Of a DNA stretch of 64,000 nt, positions 51,722 to 61,904 are shown one piece after another. Each line of letters starts with the position of its first letter. The stretch's first letter is position 1. The notes under the pieces were generated by a model, which was not told where the DNA came from, ran no database searches, and saw only the letters and a program-made list of their open reading frames with translations. The DNA comes from Clostridiales bacterium (lineage in GTDB: Bacteria > Bacillota > Clostridia > Lachnospirales > Lachnospiraceae), in assembly GCA_021204085.1 (NCBI GenBank), contig JAJPZY010000135.1:4851-68850 (forward strand), written 5' to 3'. Both the position numbers and the translations under genes were made by a program.

Positions 51722-53011
51722 ATGAACTACAGACAAAAGGATATTATCGTAACAGTATTTTTGAAATACGGTATGCTGGTGAAAGGGTTTTCGGATTATA
51801 CGCCTGCCGGCAGTACGGAGGAAACGATTCGTTCTTTTAATAACAGCGGCATCGACAAGATTTTTCTTTTTGATCTGTCGGATGGTGAGCGGGAGCATGA
51901 GCAGAATCTTGTTACTTTGAAAAAAATTACACAGTTTTCCGAACTTCCGGTCTGTGCGGGCGGTAATATCAATAATATTAACGACATTAAGAAGGTCCTT
52001 TATGCCGGATGTAATAAGGTTATTCTGAATTCATTGAAGAAACAGACGGAAGACCTGGCTGCAGAGGGGGCACGGCGTTTCGGAAAAGACCGCATGGCGT
52101 TGTCTGTTTTCAGTGCGGATGTTTTTTATAAAAAACGGGCAGCGATGCAGGAGTATATCAGTGAGGTTGTTGTCCTGGATCCGAAGCTGGCGGGTACGAT
52201 GCGCGATGTTACAGATATGCCGTATTCTGTATTGATCGATGATGTTTCGAATGAAAAAATCGCTGATATTCTAAAGCGGGATGAGAATATTAAAGGGATT
52301 TCCTGCAGTTTGTTTTCGGCAAATCCCTCCGGGGTGCCTGAACTGAAAACATATCTGAAAGAGCAGGGAATCGGAATAGATCATCTGACATCTACAAGGA
52401 AGTGGTCGTCTTTTAAGTTAAATGCAGACGGCCTGATTCCCGTGGTTGTTCAGGATTACCAGAATAATGAAGTGCTGATGCTCGCCTATATGAATGAGGA
52501 GGCATATGAGAAAACGCTTGAGACGGGGCGGATGACTTACTATAGCCGCAGCCGTCAGGAACTCTGGGTCAAGGGGCTGACGTCAGGCCATTTCCAGTAT
52601 GTCAAGTCGCTGGAGATCGACTGCGACAGCGATACGATTCTTGCGAAAGTATCACAGATTGGCGCCGCCTGCCACACTGGAAACCGGAGCTGCTTTTATA
52701 CAAACCTGGCAGAGGATGAGTATCAGCCGCGTAATATGCATGGTGCGTTGACAAAAACTTATGAAAACATCCGGGAAAGAAAACTGTATCCGAAGGAAGG
52801 CTCTTACACGTCATACCTTTTTGAAAACGGAATTGATACCATATTAAAGAAAATCGGAAAAGAGGCTACGGAGCTGATTATCGCTTCAAAGAATCCCGGA
52901 AAAGAGGGCAGCCGCTACCAGATGGCGGATTTGCTTTATTACGCAATGGTTTTGATGGTAGAAAAAGAAATCTCCATCGAAGATGTCCTGGAAGAAATGA
53001 TGATGCGCTAG
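51722..53011 (+). CDS. hisIE: Fusion of a degenerate HisA/HisF-like barrel, HisI cyclohydrolase and a HisE-like domain
   Basis: N-terminal [15 protein letters not shown]; [22 protein letters not shown] and [10 protein letters not shown]; EGSYTSYLF. Confidence 0.88.
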   Translation: MNYRQKDIIVTVFLKYGMLVKGFSDYTPAGSTEETIRSFNNSGIDKIFLFDLSDGEREHEQNLVTLKKITQFSELPVCAGGNINNINDIKKVLYAGCNKVILNSLKKQTEDLAAEGARRFGKDRMALSVFSADVFYKKRAAMQEYISEVVVLDPKLAGTMRDVTDMPYSVLIDDVSNEKIADILKRDENIKGISCSLFSANPSGVPELKTYLKEQGIGIDHLTSTRKWSSFKLNADGLIPVVVQDYQNNEVLMLAYMNEEAYEKTLETGRMTYYSRSRQELWVKGLTSGHFQYVKSLEIDCDSDTILAKVSQIGAACHTGNRSCFYTNLAEDEYQPRNMHGALTKTYENIRERKLYPKEGSYTSYLFENGIDTILKKIGKEATELIIASKNPGKEGSRYQMADLLYYAMVLMVEKEISIEDVLEEMMMR

Positions 53012-53222
53012 ACTGTACTAATGAAGACGTCCTGACATATTATGAACGTTTCGGCATATGGTTTATAAAGCATAGTCGGAGCGGCAGGATATAGATAAGC
53101 AGCGGTATTATGACCGAAAACAATATGCACAGCAGGCGAGAAGCTGTTTTGAAGAACATTCAGAAAAGAGGAAGCGCCCGGATTATGATTATGGACAGGA
53201 GCGCGAAGAAGCCGATCACCCG

Positions 53223-53423
53223 ATGAAAAGTTATTTTAAATGCAGGCTAGTACTTGCGGCGGTCCTCTTTGCGGGTTTTTGTCTGATTCGCTTCACCGGT
53301 TGGACATACGGGGATATCAGCGCGGAGGCGATTCAGAGCGAGATACAGAACGGCATCTCCCTGCCGGAATCTTTTCCGCAGTTGTCGGATCTGACTACAA
53401 TTTTGGAGAAACCGGAAGAGTAG
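53223..53423 (+). CDS. Small hypothetical protein with an N-terminal hydrophobic segment
   Basis: 66 aa; basic N-terminus, then a hydrophobic helix and an acidic tail; weak RBS. Confidence 0.4.
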   Translation: MKSYFKCRLVLAAVLFAGFCLIRFTGWTYGDISAEAIQSEIQNGISLPESFPQLSDLTTILEKPEE

Positions 53424-53529
53424 CGGCTCAGAGAGTGCGGTTTGATTCGGAGAAGAAATGCAGATGTGACGGAACGGTATCCCTAAAGGAGATATTTCGG
53501 ATTACCGGATTTTATATTGGAGGAAGAAT

Positions 53530-54225
53530 ATGCAGATGATATTGTTTGATCTGGATGGAACATTGCTTCCGATGGATCAGGACAAGTTCACAACAGGATA
53601 TTTTAAATTTCTGGCCCGAAAAATGGAGCCGCACGGTTATGAGCCGAAAAAGCTGATCGATTCCATCTGGGGCGGCACTGCAGCAATGGTCAGAAATGAC
53701 GGAAGCTGTACAAATGAAAAGGCTTTCTGGCAGTATTTTGCTTCTGTTTACGGAGAGGATTCCGTAAATGATATGGGAATTTTTGAGGAGTTTTACCGAG
53801 TAGAGTTTCAGCAGGCAAAAATGTTCTGCGGATATAATCCGAAAGCAGTAAAAACGGTAGGTCTTCTGAAAGAAAACGGTTACCGTGTGGTACTCGCCAC
53901 GAATCCGCTTTTCCCTGCTATCGCGACGGAAAGCCGTATTCGCTGGGCCGGACTTGCTCCGGAAGATTTCGAGTGGTACACTACCTACGAAAACATCAGT
54001 TATTGCAAGCCCAACCCGGAGTATTACCGCGAAATCCTGCGGCATTTCAATCTCAGACCTGAAGACTGTCTCATGGTCGGCAACGATGTGGATGAAGATA
54101 TGGTCGCCCGCGAAATCGGGATGGAGGTCTTCCTTTTGACGGATTGTCTGCTGAATCGGCATGAGAAGGATATATCCGGTTATCCGCAGGGCAATTTCGA
54201 TGACCTGGTAAATTATATATTATGA
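53530..54225 (+). CDS. HAD-family hydrolase
   Basis: FDLDGTLL, ATNP, CKPNP and MVGND; GGAGG RBS. Confidence 0.88.
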   Translation: MQMILFDLDGTLLPMDQDKFTTGYFKFLARKMEPHGYEPKKLIDSIWGGTAAMVRNDGSCTNEKAFWQYFASVYGEDSVNDMGIFEEFYRVEFQQAKMFCGYNPKAVKTVGLLKENGYRVVLATNPLFPAIATESRIRWAGLAPEDFEWYTTYENISYCKPNPEYYREILRHFNLRPEDCLMVGNDVDEDMVAREIGMEVFLLTDCLLNRHEKDISGYPQGNFDDLVNYIL

Positions 54226-54461
54226 TACAAGGGACAAAAGTATCATACCCTTGAATATCGTGGAAAGGAAGCGGTTATATGGAATATATCTTTCCTATTA
54301 CCACTTTTCTGAAAACAGAAGCCTGAACGTTCAATTTTGTGCACATCGTACATTGAAGTAAAAAGTCTGTTTTGATATACTAATTCAGTATTTTCAGACA
54401 TTTTTATGCCTTTCAAAGTATTTTGCGGGTTATTTTTACCTGCGGCAGGGGGTATTCAGTT

Positions 54462-55172
54462 TTGATCGATATACACAGTCATCTTTTATATGGCGTAGAT
54501 GATGGTCCGCGTACATTTGAGGAGTCCTGCCAGATGCTGAAGGAGGCAAAGCGGCAGGGCGTTCGTGCGATTATCTTGACGCCTCACTATCGGCACGGAA
54601 TGTTTCCGTATGATACAGAGACCGTGCGCCGGAATTTTCTGCAGATCCGGAAGTATGCCGGAGAGATTGGCATCCGTGTGTTTCTGGGATGTGAGTATCA
54701 TATGAACAGCCGATGCGTTTCTAATATGAACAGCCGGCGCTGTTATCCGCTGGCAGGTTCCGCTTACGTACTTTGCGAGTATTCCGGCCAAACGGAGTTT
54801 TCATACATACGTGATACGGCACAGGAACTGCTGGCAGCCGGGTATATTCCGGTGATTGCTCATGCAGAGCGATATGGATGTCTGCTGGACGATTATGAAC
54901 TGGTAAGTGAACTTAAGGATTCCGGGGCATTGATTCAGGTGAACGCGGATGCGGTCCTCGGGCTGGACGGGAGAGCAGCAAGGAAGTTTTGTAAAACTCT
55001 TTTAAAAAACGGTCTGGCTGATATTGTTGCCAGTGACAGTCATGATATGAAGCGCCGTCCGTGTCATATGGAGAAGTGCCGTGAATATGTTCAGAAGAAA
55101 TACGGAGAGGATACAGCCCGGCGGCTGTTTGTGACTGCGCCGAAAAAGATTTTAGAGAAATCTGGAGAATAA
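54462..55172 (+). CDS. PHP-family tyrosine-protein phosphatase (CpsB/CapC/YwqE-like); TTG start
   Basis: DIHSHLL, TPHY, IAHAERY and ASDSH. Confidence 0.88.
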   Translation: MIDIHSHLLYGVDDGPRTFEESCQMLKEAKRQGVRAIILTPHYRHGMFPYDTETVRRNFLQIRKYAGEIGIRVFLGCEYHMNSRCVSNMNSRRCYPLAGSAYVLCEYSGQTEFSYIRDTAQELLAAGYIPVIAHAERYGCLLDDYELVSELKDSGALIQVNADAVLGLDGRAARKFCKTLLKNGLADIVASDSHDMKRRPCHMEKCREYVQKKYGEDTARRLFVTAPKKILEKSGE

Positions 55173-55208
55173 ACGAGTTATAATTTTTGTAAGGGAGATT
55201 AACCGAAG

Positions 55209-56477
55209 ATGACCAAGCCTACTTTTGTCACGAAGGAACAGATTGAAGAGATTGTAAAGACATACCCGACACCGTTTCATCTGTATGATGAGCGGGGCAT
55301 TCGTGAGAATGCGCGTGCAGTTCAGGAAGCCTTTTCGTGGAATCCGGGATTCCGTGAATATTTTGCAGTAAAGGTGACACCGAATCCGTTTTTACTTAAG
55401 ATTTTAAAAGAGTACGGATGCGGTACGGACTGCTCTTCCATGACGGAGCTCATGATGTCGGATGCGGTTGGTTTTTCGGGCGAGGAGATCATGTTTTCGT
55501 CAAATGATACGCCGCCGGAGGAGTTTATTTATGCCAATGAGATTGGTGCGACGATCAATCTGGATGATTTTACCCATATCGCATATCTGGAGAATCTGAT
55601 CGGAGAATTTCCGAAAACAATGAGCCTCCGTTATAATCCGGGCGGAGTTTATACATTGAGCAACGGTATTATGGACAACCCGGGCGATGCAAAGTACGGT
55701 TTTACGAAAGAGCAGATTATCGAAGGATATCGTATTCTGAAGGAGAAGGGTGTCGAGCGCTTCGGCCTTCACGCATTTCTGGTGAGCAACACGGTGACGA
55801 ATGATTACTATCCGACGCTTGCGAAAACACTTTTTGAACTTTGCGTGGAGATTCGGGAGAAGACAGGCGTGCAAATGGACTTTATTAATCTTTCCGGCGG
55901 CGTGGGGATCGCTTATCGCCCGGAGGAGACTCCGAATGACATCCGGGCCATCGGCGCAGGTGTGGAAAAGGTGTACAATGAGGTTCTGGTTCCTGCGGGA
56001 ATGGGCGATGTGGATATTTACACAGAGATGGGACGGTTTATGATGGGACCTTACGGCTGTGTGGTAACACAGGCTATTCATGAGAAACATACCTATAAGG
56101 AATATATCGGAGTGGACGCCTGTGCGGCAAATCTGATGCGTCCGGCAATCTACGGCGCTTACCATCATATTACTGTTGCGGGGAAGGAAGAAGCGCCCTG
56201 TGACCATAAGTATGACGTTGTTGGTTCTCTCTGCGAGAACTGTGACAAATTTGCCATTGACCGGATGCTGCCAAAGATTGATATGGGTGATTACCTGATT
56301 ATCCATGACTCCGGTGCGCACGGTTTCTCCATGGGGTATAATTATAACGGGCGGCTTCGTTCCGCGGAGCTTCTTTTGAAGGAGGACGGCAGCGTACAGC
56401 TGATCCGACGGGCGGAGACACCAAAAGATTACTTTGCGACCTTTGACTGCTTCGATATTATCCGGGAGCTGGTGTAA
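55209..56477 (+). CDS. lysA: Diaminopimelate decarboxylase
   Basis: YFAVK (PLP Lys), INLSGG, EMGR, GSLCE and MGYNYN. Confidence 0.9.
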   Translation: MTKPTFVTKEQIEEIVKTYPTPFHLYDERGIRENARAVQEAFSWNPGFREYFAVKVTPNPFLLKILKEYGCGTDCSSMTELMMSDAVGFSGEEIMFSSNDTPPEEFIYANEIGATINLDDFTHIAYLENLIGEFPKTMSLRYNPGGVYTLSNGIMDNPGDAKYGFTKEQIIEGYRILKEKGVERFGLHAFLVSNTVTNDYYPTLAKTLFELCVEIREKTGVQMDFINLSGGVGIAYRPEETPNDIRAIGAGVEKVYNEVLVPAGMGDVDIYTEMGRFMMGPYGCVVTQAIHEKHTYKEYIGVDACAANLMRPAIYGAYHHITVAGKEEAPCDHKYDVVGSLCENCDKFAIDRMLPKIDMGDYLIIHDSGAHGFSMGYNYNGRLRSAELLLKEDGSVQLIRRAETPKDYFATFDCFDIIRELV

Positions 56478-56492
56478 TATTGGAAATATTGT

Positions 56493-56638
56493 TGTAACTA
56501 TTCAGAACCAGGCTCGAAAATGCTGCACATTTCCTCGCTGTCGCGTTCTCGCCAGATAAATTTGTACTTAAAACAGCTTACGGATGCAAGCATCCGACAC
56601 TGTTTTTCGACAAATTTGCCTGGTTCTGAATAATTACA
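56493..56638. mobile_element. MITE-like element with 21-bp terminal inverted repeats and a 6-7-bp flanking direct repeat
   Basis: tgtaactattcagaaccaggc / gcctggttctgaataattaca (20/21 match); TATTGT at 56487-56492 and 56639-56644; nested internal hairpins. Confidence 0.7.
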
Positions 56639-56660
56639 TATTGTATAAAAACGTGAGCCA

Positions 56661-56706
56661 AGGAAGGCTGATTGCAAATTTTGTGTCAATCAGTCTTTCC
56701 TTTTTT
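56661..56706 (+). terminator. Intrinsic terminator of lysA
   Basis: aggaaggctgattg...caatcagtctttcct followed by a T run. Confidence 0.7.
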
Positions 56707-56792
56707 GTAAATTACTGATATGATACTACGGTGAAGCGTTCGTAACATGTGGCGCATGGTTTCGGGAGATTAAATATTTATAAGGAGACAGT

Positions 56793-58322
56793 ATGGCAGA
56801 GCTTGTACTGGAAATGAGGGGGATCACAAAGACATTTGGTTCGGTGGTCGCCAACAAAGATGTGAATCTGAAGTTGTACGCCGGCGAGATTCACGCATTA
56901 TTGGGAGAAAATGGTGCCGGTAAGAGTACGTTGATGAATGTGCTTACCGGCATTTACAAACCGGATGGGGGAGAGATTTATTATAAGGGGAAAAAAGCAG
57001 TGATTCGCTCGCCGCGCCAGTCGGTTGCCATGGGCATCGGTATGGTGCACCAGCATTTTCGCCTGATTCCCACGCTGACGGTGGCGGAGAATGTGGCGCT
57101 TTATTCAGAAGAGCGGAATTTTTTCTTACATACGGCGAAGATGGAAGAGGAGATTGCGGAGTGTTCCCGTCAGTTTCAGATGGAAGTTGACCCGCATGCA
57201 AAGGTCTGGCAGCTTTCCGTTGGAGAACAGCAGAGGGTGGAGATTGTTAAGCTTCTTTACAGGGGCGCGGAGGTCCTGATTCTGGATGAGCCATCCGCGG
57301 TGCTGACTCCTCAGGAAGCCGATAAAATGTTTGTCACGCTGCGGCGGATGGCGGAGCAGGGCAAGACGGTTATCGTGATTTCGCATAAAATGAACGAGGT
57401 AATGAAAAATGCGGACCGCATAACGGTGTTAAAAGGCGGAATGGTGGAGGACACCATGGAGGCAAAGGACGCCACTTTGGAGCGTCTGACCCATGCCGTG
57501 GTCGGCGACCGGGAATATGTCGAGCATGTGCACAGACAGCGGGAGCTTAGCAGCAGAAGCGTGCTCAGGCTGAATGATGTAACGGTGAAGAACGATAAAG
57601 GGCTTCCCGCGGTACAGGATGTAACGCTGGACATTCGGGAAGGTGAGATTTTCGGTATCGCGGGTGTTGCAGGCAACGGACAGAGAGAGCTGGCGGAACT
57701 GATCGCCGGACTGCGGCCGACAACAGGCGGAACTGTCTGTCTGGGGGACCGGGATGTCACAAAGGCATCCATACGGGAACGAATTCGGGCGGGCATTTCC
57801 TTCATCCCGGAGGACCGTCTTCACACCGGTCTGGTTCCGGGTATGAACTTAAAGGAAAATATTATACTGAAGGAATTTGACACGGAGAAATACAGCAAAA
57901 GGGGAATTATCCGTTCGAAAGCCGTGGAAAGCGCTGCAGATCGCTTTACTGACATATATGATATAAAACATGGCGGAAAGGAGCTGCCGGTCGGACTCAT
58001 GAGCGGCGGCAACCAGCAGAAGCTTCTGGTCGGACGTGAGGTAGACGGACGGCCGAAGCTGATCGTGGCCTCTTATCCGGTCCGCGGTCTTGATATCGGC
58101 GCAGCAGAGGCTATCCGCCAGATTCTCATGGAGGAGAGCCGGCAGGGGACAGCGGTTCTTCTGATTTCCGAGGAGCTGGATGAGATTTTCCGTATGTGCG
58201 ACCGTGTCGGCGTACTTTGCGGCGGCATTTTGATGGGAATTCGCTCCGTAGATGAAACGAATTACAATGAGATCGGGTTGATGATGTCCGGCGAAAGAGT
58301 GGAGGTGGTTTCTCATGCGTAA
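56793..58322 (+). CDS. ABC transporter ATP-binding protein (two-domain, CUT2/nucleoside type)
   Basis: GENGAGKST, LSVGEQQRVEI, ILDEP and SGGNQQK. Confidence 0.93.
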   Translation: MAELVLEMRGITKTFGSVVANKDVNLKLYAGEIHALLGENGAGKSTLMNVLTGIYKPDGGEIYYKGKKAVIRSPRQSVAMGIGMVHQHFRLIPTLTVAENVALYSEERNFFLHTAKMEEEIAECSRQFQMEVDPHAKVWQLSVGEQQRVEIVKLLYRGAEVLILDEPSAVLTPQEADKMFVTLRRMAEQGKTVIVISHKMNEVMKNADRITVLKGGMVEDTMEAKDATLERLTHAVVGDREYVEHVHRQRELSSRSVLRLNDVTVKNDKGLPAVQDVTLDIREGEIFGIAGVAGNGQRELAELIAGLRPTTGGTVCLGDRDVTKASIRERIRAGISFIPEDRLHTGLVPGMNLKENIILKEFDTEKYSKRGIIRSKAVESAADRFTDIYDIKHGGKELPVGLMSGGNQQKLLVGREVDGRPKLIVASYPVRGLDIGAAEAIRQILMEESRQGTAVLLISEELDEIFRMCDRVGVLCGGILMGIRSVDETNYNEIGLMMSGERVEVVSHA

Positions 58323-59439
58323 TTTGCGTGTACAGAAAAGAACCGATCTGACGCCGGTAAAGAGGCTGATCAATGTTGTGATTTTTGTGCTGCTTGCACT
58401 GGTGTTCTGTGCGTTTTTTGTGGCCTATAACGGAAACAATCCCCTTGAGGTCTATGCAAAAATGTTGAAGACGATTGTCTCCGTGAAAGGTCTGCAGAAA
58501 AGTATTGTCGCAGGGTTGCCGTTGATTTTTACAGGCCTGGCAGTGGCTTTCGGATATCGGATGAATCTGAACAATATTGGAGCGGACGGACAGTATGCAT
58601 TTGGCGCGATTTTCTGTATCTGGTTTGCGCTTTACGGACCGGATATGCCGGCAGTGCCGAAGATTATTCTCATGTTTGTTTTCGCGTGCGCGGGCGGAGC
58701 CTTTGTCGCGCTGCTGGCTGCGATTCCCAAAGCACTCTGGGATGTGAATGAGACGATTATGACAATGATGTTAAATTACGTGGCGCTGTATGTTTTAAAT
58801 TATCTGACCTACGGTCCATGGAAAGAATCCGGTCAGATGGTTGCGCAGACTGCGGAGATTTCCGAGCGGTATTATCTGCCGGATATCGGAAATACGGGGA
58901 TTAATTCGATTCTGCTGATTGCCATAGCGATTGCAGTTGTCCTGTATTTTTTCCATTCGAAAACGACAAAGGGTTTTGAGATGGAGGTAGTCCGCAAAAG
59001 CCCGGGAGCGGCAAGATATGCCGGTATTCATGTAAAGAAAAATATTATCCTGGTGCTTGCTGTAAGCGGTGCGATCGCCGGCCTGGCCGGCTTTGCCCAG
59101 GTGGGCGGCATCATCCACCGGGTGCAGGCGGATATGCCGAATGGTGCCGGTTACACCGGCATCGTTATCGCTTACCTGGCGGGATTAAATCCGTTGGTTG
59201 TGGTGATTGTCGGCATCCTTTTCGGTGCATTGCAGATCAGTGCTGTTGCCGTGCAGGTTTCCGGAGTTCCCTCTCAGATCGCGACGATGATTCAGGGCAG
59301 TATTATGCTGTTTGTGATCGCGGGAGACTTTTTTACCAGATATAAAATCGTTCGGACGAAACCGGATCAGGCCAATGGCTCGGACATCTCCCGGGGAAAT
59401 GAATCGGACATCACACAGAAGGGAGGCGCAGAGGTATGA
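58315..59439 (+). CDS. ABC transporter permease 1 (BMP/nucleoside type)
   Basis: NIGADGQ, NETIMTMMLNY, SGAIAGLAG and GYTGI. Confidence 0.9.
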   Translation: MRNLRVQKRTDLTPVKRLINVVIFVLLALVFCAFFVAYNGNNPLEVYAKMLKTIVSVKGLQKSIVAGLPLIFTGLAVAFGYRMNLNNIGADGQYAFGAIFCIWFALYGPDMPAVPKIILMFVFACAGGAFVALLAAIPKALWDVNETIMTMMLNYVALYVLNYLTYGPWKESGQMVAQTAEISERYYLPDIGNTGINSILLIAIAIAVVLYFFHSKTTKGFEMEVVRKSPGAARYAGIHVKKNIILVLAVSGAIAGLAGFAQVGGIIHRVQADMPNGAGYTGIVIAYLAGLNPLVVVIVGILFGALQISAVAVQVSGVPSQIATMIQGSIMLFVIAGDFFTRYKIVRTKPDQANGSDISRGNESDITQKGGAEV

Positions 59440-60368
59440 CGACAGCATTGCTGGTATCTATTATTTCGACGGCGATTGTATATGCGGTTTCCGTTCTTTA
59501 TGCCGCGGTCGGTGAGATTTTCTCCCAGCGGGCCGGTGTGATGAATCTGGGTCTCGAGGGAATTATGCTGATGGGTGCGGTTTCCGGTTATCTGGTGGCG
59601 GTACACCGACAGAACCTGGCGTTGTCCATGCTTGCCGTTATTGCGGTAGGTGCGATTCTCGGGCTGGTTTTTGCGTTTGTGACAGTAACGCTTCAGGCAG
59701 ATCAGACGGTTGCAGGCATGGCCATGCTTACCTTCGGCACGGGTTTAAGCGGTTTTATCGGAAAGGAAGTCAGCGGCGTCAACGCGAATTTAAAGTTTGA
59801 GTCTTTTGATCTTCCGCTTTTATCAAAAATCCCGGTGATCGGCCAGAGTTTTTTCCACCAGGATATTCTGGTGTATGCCATGTATATCATTTTGCCCCTG
59901 TCCATGATTTACATTTATAAGACGAGGCCGGGGATGATTCTCCGCTCTCTTGGCGAGAACCCCGCAACATTGGACAGCGTAGGGTACAATGTGTTCGCAC
60001 TGCGATATGCATATGTTGTATTCGGCTGTATTATGACGTCGGTTAGCGGCGCATGTGTTTCGCTCTCTTACACAAACTTCTGGAGTGACGGAATGACAAG
60101 CGGAAAGGGATGGATTGCCGTGGCGCTGGTGGTGTTCGCCTCATGGAACCCTCTTGTGGCAGTGTTCGGCGCATTGCTGTTCGGCGCAGTCAGTATTATC
60201 GGGGTGGATATTCAGATGTATTTTACCGCGATTCCGTCCCAGTTTTTCTCGGCGCTTCCTTATGTAGCGACGATTATTGCGCTGATTTTCACTACGGGAA
60301 ATTTCCGGAAAAAGAGGTCGGCGGCGCCTGCCGCGCTTTGTATTCCCTATGACCGGGAGGAGCGATAG
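59436..60368 (+). CDS. ABC transporter permease 2 (BMP/nucleoside type)
   Basis: RAGVMNLGLEG, GENP, GKGWIAVALV and LPY. Confidence 0.9.
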   Translation: MTTALLVSIISTAIVYAVSVLYAAVGEIFSQRAGVMNLGLEGIMLMGAVSGYLVAVHRQNLALSMLAVIAVGAILGLVFAFVTVTLQADQTVAGMAMLTFGTGLSGFIGKEVSGVNANLKFESFDLPLLSKIPVIGQSFFHQDILVYAMYIILPLSMIYIYKTRPGMILRSLGENPATLDSVGYNVFALRYAYVVFGCIMTSVSGACVSLSYTNFWSDGMTSGKGWIAVALVVFASWNPLVAVFGALLFGAVSIIGVDIQMYFTAIPSQFFSALPYVATIIALIFTTGNFRKKRSAAPAALCIPYDREER

Positions 60369-60580
60369 TGACGGGAACGGGTGTAACCCGGGAAGATGTG
60401 TTATATCAATGATGAAAGTAACAGAAGATACATATTTTGAATTGCTTTGCAGGAAACGCAGCTATGCATCAGTTTGATCTTTTGTTCCTTGTATCATATA
60501 AATAAGCTCACGAAATCTTTGCGCCGGATTCAGCAGGCACAGCGAATTGTGAGCCAACGAAAAAACAGGAGGAAACGACA

Positions 60581-61807
60581 ATGAAAAAGAAAGTACTCAG
60601 TGTGTTGCTCATCGGAGCAATGGCGGCAACCCTGATGGCGGGCTGCGGCAGCACGGCAAGTGACAGCAGTGATGCAGATGGTTCTGCAGCGGCGGAGACG
60701 AGCGAAACTGCGGACGACGCGGCAGACGCGGCGGAGGATTCTGATACGGTCAACCTGATCTCGCAGGATCTTCTGGGAAGCGACCCGGAGGATGGTGCAG
60801 ATCTTTCCGGTATGATGATCGGTGAGATCGAATCTTACGTAATCAATGACGGCGGCTGGTGCCAGGCGACGCATGAAGGTATTGTTGCGGCGATGGAAGA
60901 GCTGGGAATTCCGGAGGATAACCTGATCGTTCTGGAGGAGATTGATGATACGGATCAGGCAACGGTGCAGGCAGCAGCGGAGCAGCTGATTGAAGAGGGA
61001 TGTACACTGATCATCGGTGCTTCTACCGGTTATGCTTCTTTCCTGCCGGAGATTGCGGCTGAGAATCCGGATGTTACCTTTGCACAGTGGGGCAATAAAG
61101 TAGACGGGCTGATCGGTTATGAAATCCGAAGCTATGAGGGCATGTTCCTGGCGGGTTACGCCTGCGAGCTGCTGAGCCAGGATGAGAATACACAGCTTGG
61201 TTATTCTGCTTCTTATGATGAGTTTTCCGTCCGTACAGCGATCAATGCGTATGCGCTCGGCGCAAAGTATGCGAACGAGGAAGCAACTGTAAAAGTTGCC
61301 TGCGCGAATTCCTGGTATGATATCGACGTGGAGACTCAGTGTGCACAGTCACTGATTGACGCCGGCATTAAATATATGGGCATGGAGGCTTCCTCCCCGG
61401 CAATTCCTGAGACCTGCGAGGAAAACGGCGTATATGTGGTTGGTTATCACAATGATATGTCTTATCTGGCTGAGGATGCGGTTCTGGTTTCCTTTACCTG
61501 GAATTTCGCTCCGATCTTTAAACAGATTATGATTTCCGTAAATGACGGTACGGCAACCGCAAATGACTTCTATTACTGGGGCGGCGAGTGCTCGAAGCTG
61601 ACAGATTTTGCTTCCTTTGTACCGGAGGATGTTGTCACGGCAGTGGAAGAGCTGAGCGCACAGATTGAGAGCGGAGAGGTTCAGGTATACGGCGGCGAAC
61701 TCAAAGACAGAGACGGAAATGTTCTGGTGGAAGAGGGCGAAGTGATGTCTGATGACGATATCATCCTCCAGGAGTTCTTTGTAGAGAACGTAGACTGCGC
61801 ATGGTAA
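60581..61807 (+). CDS. BMP-family ABC substrate-binding lipoprotein
   Basis: Lipobox LMAGC (Cys22), acidic linker, NDGGW and INAYALGAK..N. Confidence 0.88.
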   Translation: MKKKVLSVLLIGAMAATLMAGCGSTASDSSDADGSAAAETSETADDAADAAEDSDTVNLISQDLLGSDPEDGADLSGMMIGEIESYVINDGGWCQATHEGIVAAMEELGIPEDNLIVLEEIDDTDQATVQAAAEQLIEEGCTLIIGASTGYASFLPEIAAENPDVTFAQWGNKVDGLIGYEIRSYEGMFLAGYACELLSQDENTQLGYSASYDEFSVRTAINAYALGAKYANEEATVKVACANSWYDIDVETQCAQSLIDAGIKYMGMEASSPAIPETCEENGVYVVGYHNDMSYLAEDAVLVSFTWNFAPIFKQIMISVNDGTATANDFYYWGGECSKLTDFASFVPEDVVTAVEELSAQIESGEVQVYGGELKDRDGNVLVEEGEVMSDDDIILQEFFVENVDCAW

Positions 61808-61904
61808 ATGTGTGTAATTACAGGGGTCGGACTTTAAATCATTCAAATGGTTATAAAGCACTGGCTTCGAGTAGTTACAAAAAAGAGTAAGAAGGAGCAG
61901 TGAC

